64,000 bases of DNA from Carcharhinus longimanus (Eukaryota), in NCBI GenBank assembly GCA_030264375.1, contig JASCQW010000132.1, positions 67,393,552-67,457,551 of the forward strand. The letters are read 5' to 3'. A program made the translations under genes and the position numbers. The notes below the pieces were generated by a model. The model was not told where the DNA came from and ran no database searches. It saw only the letters and a list, made by a program, of their open reading frames with translations. Every line of letters begins with the position of its first letter. Position 1 is the stretch's first letter. Shown in pieces: positions 11,104 to 21,959 of the stretch.

Positions 11104-11616
11104 AAGCAAGCTATGAGACAGACGTAGGTTGGGGTGAATTTCTCTGAAGTGATTTGTGCCACTGTTGCACGTTTAAACCCGATTTTTGCGCACGTCTGTG
11201 GCCTGCCGAAGGAGTTATATGCACATGCAATGAGTCTGCAAATTTGCACATCCAAAATGGATGTGAACTGCTAAACTGTCATAAACTACCTTTTTTAAAA
11301 AAGAGGTTGACCTGCATTCTTCCGCAGCAGACTGTTGGAGAAACAGGTGAAAGAGGAACAATACCTGTTTGTAGAATTTCACTCTCAAATAACATAGTTT
11401 ATTAACATTATTTGTACAGAATTCTTAACAGCCAAGGACCTGGTGGTCCAAAGACACAGCCTGGTACTGAGAGAAGAAGTAGGAGTTTTAAAGGTGCAAA
11501 TCTCCGAGTCTTTCTTGAGGAAAGTTGGATGTGATTGTCACAAAGCTTGCCAAGGAGCCAACTTGTATTGTTGCGGCTCAGTGGATGGCATTCTCGCCTC
11601 TCAGTTACCAGGATGG

Positions 11617-11848
11617 CTGGCACGGTAGCATAGTGGTTCGATCCCTGGCTTGGGTCACTGTCTGTGTGGGGTTTGCACGCTCTCCCCGTGTCTGCATGGG
11701 TTTCCTCCGGGTGCCCTGGTTTCCTCCCACATTCTGAAAGACGAGCATTGACCAAAACAGGTGCCGGACTGTGGCGACTAGAGAAATTTCACAGTAACTT
11801 CATTGCAGTGTTAACGTAAGCCTTACTTGTGACTAATAAATAAACTTT
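11617..11848 (+). mobile_element. HE1-related tRNA-derived SINE
   Basis: ggcacggtagcatagtggttcgatcc...tgtggggtttgcacg...ttgtgactaataaataaacttt. Confidence 0.8.
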
Positions 11849-11869
11849 ATATGTTCAACTCCCATTCTA

Positions 11870-12225
11870 GTGACCGCAACATAAATCTATAGGCAGACGC
11901 TCCAGTACTATGCTGAGGCAGTGCTGCATTTTGTAGGTGTTATTACTTGAATGAGATGTTACATCTGCTCTCTCAGATAGATGTTGAAGATGCCACGGTG
12001 TTACTGTGAAGCAGGGCAGAGAGTTACCCCTGTTAACCTGGCTAATATTTATCCCTAAAGCAACCTAATTAAACCAGATTATCTGTCATCATCACATTGT
12101 CGATTGTAGGACCTTGGCTACCATCTTTTCTACATTGACCACACGTCAAAGTTACTTCATTGGCTGTAAAGTGCTTTGGAATGTTCTGAGTTTATGAAAG
12201 GTGATAAAAAGATGTAAGTTCATTC
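11870..12225 (+). mobile_element. Deu-domain SINE (SacSINE1-like)
   Basis: agatagatgttgaagatgccacgg...aatatttatccct...cagattatctg...acttcattggctgtaaagtgctttgg. Confidence 0.7.
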
Positions 12226-12439
12226 ATTCCTCATTGATGTATGTGACATTGGCACTGAGTGTCAACTCCTTCACCCCAGCACTGCAGAGCACACCTACAA
12301 AATGTTCAGCAACCTCACCAGAGCTGGCAAGTTAACTGGGAGCAATCCCTCCTTTGTTTACTTGCCCACTTCGGACACCAACATTTCCTGTATCCTCCTG
12401 TAGCAGCACCTTCGCAGTGCCCTCGGCTAGCGGGAGGAG

Positions 12440-13530
12440 GGCTTTCAATTTCTTTCATATTATTGACACATATTTCTCAATTGCTGGATTATATCTTTAT
12501 CATTCTCAGTTTGCGGAATTGATGGCTTCACTCGTACTAAAAGAAACTGCTAGCTTTCTCATGAATTTATGGCCTGATAATGCTTATGTTATTAAAGACG
12601 TGCTGACCCTTCGTCCTTTGTGGAGATTCATTGCCAGAGTTAGAGCATAAGAGCTCATAGTCATTCTGTTTCAGTAGTTGAGTTTGCAATAGACTTGGGG
12701 TCACTGCAGTATGAATATGACCCATGTCAGGTAGCTTTTTACAGGCATGAGCAAGTTCAGCATTTGCCTGCATCTACTTCATGGCTTCATAAAAAAAATC
12801 TTTCTTCTGACGAGTCTCCTCATTTGTTAACGTATCGGCAAAAGCCAGAGTCCAGAAGTCTGTGTTCCTCCTGAGTTAGGAGATGAAATTTTATTTCTGT
12901 TTCTATCACAATCAGAAGTCTCAGAACACCAGGTTAAAGTCCAACAGGTTTATTTGATAGTAATCTCACAAGATTTCGGATTACTAACAAATAAACCTGT
13001 TGGACTTTAACCTGGTGTTGTGAGACTTCTTACTGTGTTTACCCCAGTCCAACGCCGGCANNNNNNNNNNNNNNNNNNNNNNNNNNNNNNNNNNNNNNNN
13101 NNNNNNNNNNNNNNNNNNNNNNNNNNNNNNNNNNNNNNNNNNNNNNNNNNNNNNNNNNNNCCTGGTGTTGTGAGACTTCTTACTGTGTTTACCCCAGTCC
13201 AACGCCGGCATCTCCACATCAGTCACAATCAGCAGATGGTCATTTTTCTGTTGAGACTACCTTAAGAGAAAGTTGCAGCTGCTGTGTGATGGCCTAAGAT
13301 AAAGGAGGATGTAAACCTCTGTGCTGTATTTTGCTGTGTTTACAGGGAACCCTTCATCGTGTAGTAAATGGGGGCTTTCCCTGGAAATCAGGCAGCACCA
13401 GAGGGTGGACTTACCTCCAGATTGATGTTATTGGCCCGTTGCCGCCGCCACAGTGAGGTTATTGACCAGTCTACTAAGTGGATAGAGGCATTTCCTTGTC
13501 AGTCAAACAATGTACTCACTGCTGTGACCA
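12440..13530 (+). mobile_element. Endogenous retrovirus-like pol remnant (RNase H, integrase zinc finger and core), split by a Penelope-type insertion
   Basis: RH: HSQFAELMASLVLKET..NLWPDNAYVIKDVLTLRPLW..ARVRA(H); IN across the TSD: VCVPPELGDEILFLFLSQSADGHFSVETTL..*WPKIKEDV..WTYLQIDVIGPLP..VIDQSTKWIEAFPC. Confidence 0.8.
12916..13222. mobile_element. Penelope-type short element with inverted ends
   Basis: aacaccaggttaaagtccaacaggtttatttg and its reverse complement are adjacent; 10-bp TSD tcacaatcag at 12906-12915 and 13223-13232. Confidence 0.8.
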
Positions 13531-13719
13531 ACCCCACTCAATGAGTAGAGATATTATCATTTTGTTTGATGGTAATCTGGTCTCGCCTCATAAAACTACA
13601 CAGGATATCACTATCAGGCTGTGACTGGAAGGTAGAAAATTAGGAGTACATCACTGAGCACTTTGCAGTTGCTAGGGATAGCATTCCTCACAAGAGTTTT
13701 TCTTGGGATTATTTTTTGG

Positions 13720-14330
13720 GAGTGGAATTTAGGAGTTAATTATAGAGCAGTTGCTTGGAAATTCGTATCTGCGAGGGACACTGCCAGTCAGTAGGTAATT
13801 AATGGATCGGGCGTTGCCGAAAGAAGTGACCAAAATCATTTTCACAGTTTGAGAATTGCCTTAAGGATTTTCTAACATTAGAGCTAAAGGTAATTGCCTT
13901 AAGAGAAAGCGAATAGTTTTCGTTCAGAAATTGCTCTCAGCTTAAGAGAGAGAGAATGGAGAGAGAAGGGAGTCTGCATTAGCTATATGTAGTTTGAGAG
14001 AGAGAAACATTCAGCAAGCAGACGTGTTAAGGTGGGCTGGAAGCTAATGCTGTTAAGGTAGCCCGGTAAACTAGAGTTGAAGCCTTAAAGCTGCAAAGGG
14101 GTTTGCATATATGTTAAAGTTAAATTGAGTCAGTTAAAATCTCATAGGATGTTGTGAGCCGAGAGACCAGGTTCAAGGAACCAAGAAGAAGAGAAGACCA
14201 CAGAAGTTCCGGATCCACAGAAAGACAAACTTACATACTTTGAACTTGTAGATCATTCCATTCCCCAACTAGTGGAATGTTGGATATTAATCTTTGTTCA
14301 ATAAATCTTATTAGTTAGCATTCTAAATTA
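13720..14330 (+). mobile_element. Possible LTR / 3' region of the ERV-like element
   Basis: Purine-rich run ttttttggggag then tg..., AG-rich body and aataaa at ~14300, downstream of the integrase remnant; no second LTR seen. Confidence 0.35.
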
Positions 14331-14399
14331 GTGATTGTGCATTTTGCCAGTAAACTTATTTCTCAACAAGAATTTTATCACTCGGAGGTTTAAAATGTC

Positions 14400-15110
14400 C
14401 AAATCCCTACTAAGAAGGTGTCTCAGAGGATGCAATGTCACTCTCCTTCTCTGTCCCCAGCACAGATACACCCACCTCAGTGTGGTATGTGCAGCTTGGT
14501 CATAATGGCTACTCACACAGGAGAGAAAACATCACAGCCACACAAATAGTTGTTGGAAATTGAGAAAGAACAGACCTCTGGCAGTTGTGGCATACCGAGC
14601 TCCAGGCTGATGAAGAGCCTCTGGAATTGTCTGTCAGGAGGCAGATACTGGATGTCCAATGTGAAGGACATGTGACAGAGATGCCAGAGGGATTGCGTAT
14701 TTGACACCAACATTGGAGGAGTCCACCAATGCCTAGATCACTGTGAAGACACACTCAACAGAATGCATGGCTTCCTCCACTGACAAACTGGCAACTATCA
14801 CAGAAGGCCAAAACCAGCAGCTCACAGATATGATACTCAGTATGTGTTCCAACCTGCACTCCATCATTGAGAGAGAGAGAGAGAGAGAGAAGGAACATGG
14901 AGTCATGTCCACTTCCTGGTCCCTCTCAGGAAATCTGGGAGGACTAAGTGGAATTCATGGCAGAAAAGCTGCTGCTCACATCAGTAGAGCGTAACTCTCA
15001 GGCTGCTTCTGATGGCCACTGCCTCTCGCTCGCCCCTCTGCCATCAATACAGGCACCTCAGAGTTTTGCAGTAACTTCTGGGCCAGCTACCACTGCACAG
15101 GAGCTCCTAC
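14400..15110 (+). mobile_element. Harbinger Myb-like gene 3' fragment
   Basis: ctctgtccccagcacagatacacccacctcagtgtgg is homologous to 2823-2860; coiled-coil-like MASSTDKLATITEGQ..DMILSMCSNLHSI. Confidence 0.5.
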
Positions 15111-15189
15111 CACAGCGGCACTTCTCTTATTTGTGAGATTTGAACTTTGATATAAGTTATTTTGTACATAAATAATTGTTTTCTTTCTA

Positions 15190-15555
15190 GCTGCATTTAT
15201 TCATTATGTCTCAGTGAAAGTATGCACATGGATTTATTCGATGAGTTCAGTTTTATTGACACCATACATGTCCACACAGTTGGCATGGGATCCCTTCTGG
15301 GTCCAGCTCTCATAAATTCTTTGTTAAATTCCATGAGAAACGTGCTTTTGATGGAATGACACCTAACCTCCAAGCCCTTGCATATTTCCAATATGCAAAT
15401 GATACATTTGCTATATTTAAATCTGCAACTGTACATAATAATTTCCTTCCATGTCTTAATGGGCTCTATCCTGTGCTTAAAATCACCTTTTAGAATGAAT
15501 CAGTAAATGACTGAACTTCCCTTCCTTGATATAATAGGAAATCCACCAAGGGGCT
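15190..15555 (+). mobile_element. Penelope-like element reverse transcriptase fragment
   Basis: EFSFIDT..VGMGSLLGPALIN(fs)FVKFHEK..AYFQYANDTFAIF..FLPCLNGLYPVLKITF..LPFLDI matches PLE GxxMGSPL / YxRYVDD / LPFLD motifs. Confidence 0.85.
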
Positions 15556-15801
15556 CATTACCCTGGTTTAACTGAACTAGTCCCACTTACCTGTGTTTAG
15601 CCCCAATCCCTCTAAATCATTCCTATCCTACTGCATGATATGTCAGACATCCTGGTTAATTTGAGGAAATGGTGCTGGAGAAGGAGTTTCTGTGTGACCC
15701 TTCTCCCAAAGGGAGCTGAGGATAATTTCCTGGCTAAATTTGAGATCTGGCTGTCGTGTTTTTGTAATCTCAATTTGAAGGCTGGATGTTTCAAATTCAA
15801 A

Positions 15802-16858
15802 GATTTGATTTGATTTGATTTCATTTGATTTATTATTGTCACATGTATTAGTATACAGTGAAAAGTATTGTTTCTTGCGTGCTATGCAGACAAAGCATAC
15901 CATATATAGAAAAGGAAAAGAGAGAGTGCAGAATGTAGTGTTACAGTCATAGCTAGGGTGTAGAGAAAGATCAACTTAATGCAAGGTGGATCTATTCAAA
16001 AGTCTGATAGCAGCAGGGAAGAATCTGTTCTTGAGTCGGTTGGTACGTGACCTCAGACCTTTGTATCTTTTTCCTGATGGAAGAAGGTGTAAGAGAGAAT
16101 GTCCGGGGTGCATGGGGGTCCTTGATTATGCTGGCCGCTTTCCCAAGGCAGCGGAAAGTGTAGACAGAGTCAATGGATGAGAGGTTGGTTTGCATAATGG
16201 ACTGGGCTTCGTCCACAACTCTTTGCAGTTTCTTGCGCTCTTGGACAGAACAGGAGCCATACCAAGAATGCTTTCTATGGTGCATCTGTAAAAATTGGTG
16301 ACAGTCATAGTGGGCTTGCCAAATTTCCTTAGCCATGTGAGAAACCCAAAGCATTGGGTGAGCTTTCTTAACTATAGCATCGACGTGGAAAGATCAGGAC
16401 AAGTTGGTGGTGACCTGGACACTTAGAAACTTGAAGCTCTCAATCATTTCCACTTTGTCCCCATTGAAGTAGACAGGTGCATGTTCTCCACTGTGCTTGC
16501 TGAAAATTATAACTATTTCCATCATTTTATTGACATTGAGGGAGAAATTACTGTTGTTGCACCAGTTCACCAGATTCTCGATCTCTTTCCTGTACTCTAT
16601 CTCATCATTGTTTGAGAACAGACCCACAACAGTGGTGTCATCAGCAAACTTAAAAATCGAGTTGGAGGGGAATTTGGCCAGACAGTCGTAGATGTATAGG
16701 GAGTACAGTAAGGGGCTCAGGACACAGCCTTGTGGGGCACCGGTGTCGAGGATTATTGTGGAGGAGGTGCTATTGTCTATCCTAACTGATTGCAGTCTCT
16801 GGGTTAGGAAGTTGAGGTTCCAGTCACAGAGGGAGAAGCCAAGCCCCAGGCCAGGGAG
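15802..16858 (-). mobile_element. Rex1/Babar-clade LINE, 5'-truncated (RT plus 3' tail)
   Basis: [59 protein letters not shown]; (caaat)n tail at 15802-15830. Confidence 0.9.
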
Positions 16859-16959
16859 GTATACTGTATCCATTCTTTGAGATCTGGGGTTGGTTATATA
16901 CCCGATAGCTAATCTTACATTATTTTGACCTCAATGTTCATCGACGGAGGCTGATAATG

Positions 16960-18000
16960 ACTGGATAAGATGAGACTTTATCACCTTCCAGGGCCTAGTT
17001 CTCTCTCTATCGGGGCTTCTGGACAACAACACAGCAGCAGTGCAGAGACCCCGATGAAGCTATTGATGGATCTTTGATGTTGCTCAAAAATCCTGTCAAG
17101 GTTTTGGCCTATTCAAGGTCCATGGATGGCTATATTACCCTGCAGTCCATTATTAATCCTGAACTTTTGTTGTTATAATTCTGATTTTTGATGTCCTTTA
17201 TCCTGACAAGGGTGTTTGATTAGTGAGCATAGAGGTACATGATGCCTGTTATCCTGTGACTCTTTGAAAGCCAGGGTTATCCATTTATTGATAAATCTAC
17301 CAATATGCTCTGGCAGTGGAATGAGGGAGACTTTCGTTTAAGATGTGTTACCATTTACATTCAATCTTGGTCTTTCCATGTGGTACCAAGAGAGCAGTGT
17401 GGGTAAGGGGGGGTCTACCCACCCTGCTTTTGGCCCTGTGTCAAATTCAAATACCTAGGATTGAGTGTTTGTAATATGGAAATAATTCCTTTGCTTGTGA
17501 ACTGATAATGGGTCTCCATCATTCTTCTGGGAAACGTGCTATGATGGTTGTAGGGCATCAGGGTTTATTCTTTTCCTGTATTGCATTCCTGGCATTTTAA
17601 GGATAGTATCCTTTACTTTAATTATAGATAACAGGAGTATCGCCATAGCAGAGTGATGGGAGGGTGGTTTGGTACAGAGCTGGTGGTTATGGCCTCATAG
17701 GTCCTCATTGTGGGTGAGGGAAAACCCCCTTTAGAACTAATGATATCACATTTTTCTTTGGTATTTTTGTTGTTAGTTTGGGGTTAAAGAATCCTTGTTG
17801 GTACAGATAGATCAGGTATCCCAGAAAAGATTGGGTTATTTTGTCATTGATGTTGGAGTTGGGGAAATTTGTGGTGGTGCGCATCCGAGCGAGGTTGGTG
17901 AATCCTTGGTTGTCCAGCATTTCTTGTGTTGGTTTCATATATTTTCCAAGGCTGCACAGGTTGTGGAAGTGGCTAGTTGGTAATTTGAGTCCTGGGATGT
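16960..18000 (-). pseudogene. Decayed tyrosine recombinase ORF (Ngaro/DIRS-like)
   Basis: Hand reconstruction with single-base frameshifts: N-terminal LATSTTCAA-WKIYE; FLGYLIYLYQQG..NVISLVLKGV..P; AMAILLLSIIKVKD (box I-like); NGNTS*TKV; box II at 17070-16965 reads SINSF-RGLCTAAVL-CPEAPIERELG-WK-DKVSSY versus consensus HSFRRG.AT.A...G.....I..LGRWKSD....Y. Confidence 0.55.
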
Positions 18001-18146
18001 ACGGTGAACACAGCATCCTGTTGGGAGGAAGAGGTTCCTGTCCTCCCCCAAGTTATCCCGATTGGGATAGATGACTGAATGATGCCACTTCCTGTTGCTA
18101 TGATTTCCTTAACAGGGGTTGAATTGGTGGAAACTCAGGGCCTGAG

Positions 18147-18508
18147 TTTTATTTTTAATTCATTTATGGGGGCTGAGCATCATTGGCTGGTCTGGCATTT
18201 GTTGTCCATCCCTAACTACCCTCCATTTCAGAGGTCATTTAAAAGTCAACCACATTGCTGTGGGTCTAGAGTCATGTATAGGCCAGACTGGGTCAGAATG
18301 ACAGATTTCTTTCCCTAAAGGACATCAATGAAACACATGGGTTTTTAATGACATCATTTAATAGTCATCATTGGACTTAATTCCAGATTTTTTACTGAAC
18401 TCAAATTTCAAATCTGCTGTGGGGGAATTTGAACCCAGGTCCCCAGATCTTGACCTGGGTCTCTGGGTTACTAGTGCAGTGACAATACCACTATGCCACT
18501 GCCTCCTC
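18147..18508 (-). mobile_element. tRNA-derived SINE with LINE-derived 3' tail, inserted in the YR element
   Basis: Reverse complement reads gaggcagtggcatagtggtattgtcactgcactagtaacccagagacccagg...gggttcaaattccc...tttagggaaagaaatctg...aataaaa; same family as 29870-30128. Confidence 0.8.
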
Positions 18509-18944
18509 TCGGGTTTGACTAGAGCTGGAGAAGTTTGATGTTTGAAGCCCAGGGATGACGTGAGTATTTAACTGCTTTGTTGTTCTATGCTTATCTGCGA
18601 CTAGGTTAGAGATCCTATGGAGAATATTGTAGACAAGGGTGTAGGCAGTCCTCCCTCAGTAAGTCCCCTTTTGTGGACTTCTGGACAGCTCTCCTTCTTG
18701 AGGTTTAGATTCTCCTGGGAAGGTAGTATCCTGTTGTCTGCAGGGCCTGTGTGTGAGCCCAGATACTTGGGCTCCGCATTATCTGAGTTTCTCCAATGAG
18801 ATTATGAAACTCTGTTCCTGATATCCTGCATGTGAGAGTGTACACTGTCAAACCGTGTCTTATGTCTATGGTCTTATCCTGGTGTTATTCCATCTTTGAG
18901 GTTTAGTTTTGTTATTTGGGTTAGTGGGGTGCTGATGTAGGCTC

Positions 18945-19320
18945 CAACGCGATTTTCCCAAAAAAATTCTAAGTTCCCAATGTGCGGGAAAATGGGGGTA
19001 AATCCCACAGTTTGTTTTGGCATGATGGCTGACCAGTCCCTCCACGCCCCCATCGCTAGCCTTTTGACCTCTCCACCCTCTGATCTTCCCGGGCCAGCTC
19101 CTATTTCTCCAATGCCACCCTCCCAACCATGGCAGCCATGACCCTCCATCTTCTGATAGCCAGCTCCAATCACCCTCATTCCCTTCCTCCCCCACCGATT
19201 GTCTGGCAGAGTAGCAGTGGATCTCCTCCCTACTGTCCCTCATGGAAAAAAGATCATGGCCGACTGCCGCTCATGAGCTCCTTTGGCCCTGACCCTTTGG
19301 CACTGCCCGATGTCCAGTTG
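18945..19320. mobile_element. GC-rich MITE fragment (probably non-autonomous Harbinger-type)
   Basis: cgcgattttcccaaaaaaattctaag...ggggtaaatccc matches the terminus at 25592-25650. Confidence 0.6.
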
Positions 19321-20524
19321 GTGAGATCTCCTTGGTGGAAAAGTGAGTTAAATTTTCCAGCTGATGGTGGGGCTTGAGCGACACCTCCATTATGGCTGGA
19401 GATAAGTGAAACCTGCTTTATTGTGAGCCCAAGCCTTATTGGCTCTTCTTTTATTTGCCTCAATATATTTTACTTCTCAGGGCTGTGCAGGCAAGAGTAG
19501 CAACTATTTTGAAAATCTGTATATGGAAGGTGTGGAACTTAGATGTTATTGAAAGGGGAGTATTCCATCCTTCCCTAAGATGCCGCCCCAATGTGGGAGA
19601 CATCTGGAACAGCTCCACTTGCTAAGCTTTAGGTTTCCCTAGTGGAAGGTATCCTGTTATCTGTGGGTGAGTATAATTATTTGGGCCCTGTTTTCTCCAC
19701 CCTCTTCCCATGAGACTGTGTAGTTCTTCTCCTATTATCCAGTATGTGAGAGTGCATGCTGTTACATCACATCTTGGGTTTGGGATTATATTCTGATGTT
19801 TCCTTCTTTCTGGGGTATCCTGTCATTGTTCAGAGCTTTTGGGGAGCTATTTTAGGCTCTGTTTTTTATTTGATCCCACACGAGTTCCCTTGTGCTGTGT
19901 AGCTCCATCCTTATTATCCTGCATTCTTCTGTGGAACTGCTTTGGCCATTTAAAATTCAACCCATAGAGTTCTACTGCCTGCTAATCTCTAGTCAAATCC
20001 ACTGTGCCATGTGCTCCTGGCTTTTGCCTGGTATCCTGAGATCCCACCCTTTTTGTAATATCCTGTCATTATCTATGCAAAGGGAGGCACCAATTACANN
20101 NNNNNNNNNNNNNNNNNNNNNNNNNNNNNNNNNNNNNNNNNNNNNNNNNNNNNNNNNNNNNNNNNNNNNNNNNNNNNNNNNNNNNNNNNNNNNNNNNNTT
20201 TTCCTGTTATCCTGATATCCCACACTTTTTGTAATATCCTTTCATTATCCGTGTGAAGGGAGGCACCAATTTACAATGAATTGTAATTGATAAGCTGAAT
20301 CGATTGTAATGATTTTTGCCAGATTTTTCTGCTGGCATATGTGGAATGATGATAGTTCTGTGCTGTACTGGATTTTGCCATGGCTGCAAAGCCTCTGGCT
20401 CTGAGTATTTGATTTGTTATCTATTGTGAAAGGAATATATTGATATGCACGCCTAAACGTGGCATCAGTTTATGTTACTGATGAGCTGGGTGATCCTACT
20501 GAGGTCCATGTAGGCAGCCTGTAC

Positions 20525-20805
20525 CAGAGGCTTCCCCAGGCCAGTCCCTATATCACCCGTCTCCCCCCGATCTCCGCGAAACCTCTGGACAGTCCCAAAA
20601 CCCTCTCCCCAATTCCAATGATCATCCCCGACACCCCCCACAACAGCCCCAACCCTTCTGCTAGTCATCTTTTCTCCTTCCCTCCCCCCACCAATCCTCT
20701 GGCAGAGTGGCAGTGAGTCTCTCCCCTAGCAATCACTCCCAATAGGCCCTGCCCCCTTCACACTGCCCAGTGAGCAGTGCCAGTTTGCCTCTTGGGCAGT
20801 TCCAA
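20525..20805. mobile_element. GC-rich MITE internal fragment
   Basis: cccccaccaatcctctggcagagtggcagtg...ggccctgcccc..cactgccc shared with 19190-19310 and 26310-26390. Confidence 0.5.
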
Positions 20806-20809
20806 GGAG

Positions 20810-21110
20810 CAAAGTGACTATCACTTTACACACAAGCATTGGAGTGTGACAGTTTCCTGTGAAAGGCCAAGTTTTCTGAGACACTGTCTCTTTAGTTAGG
20901 GCATTCAAACCCTGGAAACTCGATTGGCAGAATATGGCCTTCACCTATGTCTGCTTACATGCTGCTGCCTCCCTTCCTGCAAAGCCTCAATCCTCAGCAG
21001 CTTGTCCACCTTCCTGTCACACCTGTCCCTTACCAGCTGACCTCCTCTTTCTCCATCTTCTTCTCCTCCTCACTGGAGGAGGTGCCACCTGCACAATGTG
21101 CATCACCCAT
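20810..21110 (-). pseudogene. HARBI1-like transposase, N-terminal fragment
   Basis: MGDAHCAGGTSSSEEEKK...RQCLRKLGLSQETVTL..VCKVIVTL, compare Harbinger SERQCLRRLRLSRETV..VAVKVT.AL. Confidence 0.55.
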
Positions 21111-21959
21111 AGGGAACACCATTTCACACAATAAATGGTGCAATGCTCAAACAACTCAACAACAATGTTTTAGTCTTCCCTGACAAATAGTCCTGAAGTT
21201 GATCAGAGGTGTATGTACAGCAGAATTTTCCCAAATAACTAATTCTCAGCAGCCTCCTCTGTTAAAATCAGACATAGACCCATGTCCAGCCTTTCATCAG
21301 TTTCTGGGTACCTGTTGTGTTTTCTGAGCAACATATAGAGTGGGCAATGCTTTAGGGCAGTTAAATACCTCAATCAGCGTTTAAGTACTCATTTCAAAAT
21401 GGCAGGCTGTTTCTGTGCTGAATTTGGAATTCACCAGCCTATTATGTTATTACAGGCTAGCATAATGATGTTTAGTTTGTGGCCCATTGTGAGATCTCCT
21501 GTGTCATTGGTCTGAACATGGATCACAATGATTGGATCTTCCTCCTCGCTCTCCTCTGATAGGTAGATAACTGCAACTGACTGAAAATTTCTGACAGTTT
21601 AGGCAGCTTAACTAGCTTGTAAGTATTTTTCACTAGTTTTGAAACTCAAAGTCAAATTCTAAATGTTTGACTAAATGTTAGTTTGAGAATCATTTCACAG
21701 AGAATTCCCGCTTGCATGATATTTCTAACTTTGGCATTCTGTTAATTTCTGCACTATTTTCATGAAGAACTGGTGTTACCATGTAGAAGATTTGTGTAGA
21801 AGGCATACCTCACTCTGGATATGTCCTTGATGACTGTGTTTAGAAAGATCACAGAAATCAGAATAAAACTGTCATAATCATTGAATAGATAACGGAAGAA
21901 ATAAAATATTGGCTGTAAAATATGTAGACTTAAACCTGCGTATGATCAAAAATCAATTT

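Noticed and set aside
12255-12900. Nearly open minus-strand frame (DFWTLAFADTLTNEE...MQANAELAH...)
   Set aside because: It is the antisense shadow of the + strand RNase H/integrase remnant.
16981-17100. Hydrophobic SFIGVSALLLCCC as a viral envelope transmembrane anchor
   Set aside because: Better explained as a frameshifted tyrosine-recombinase box II; no fusion peptide, furin site or Cys pattern upstream.
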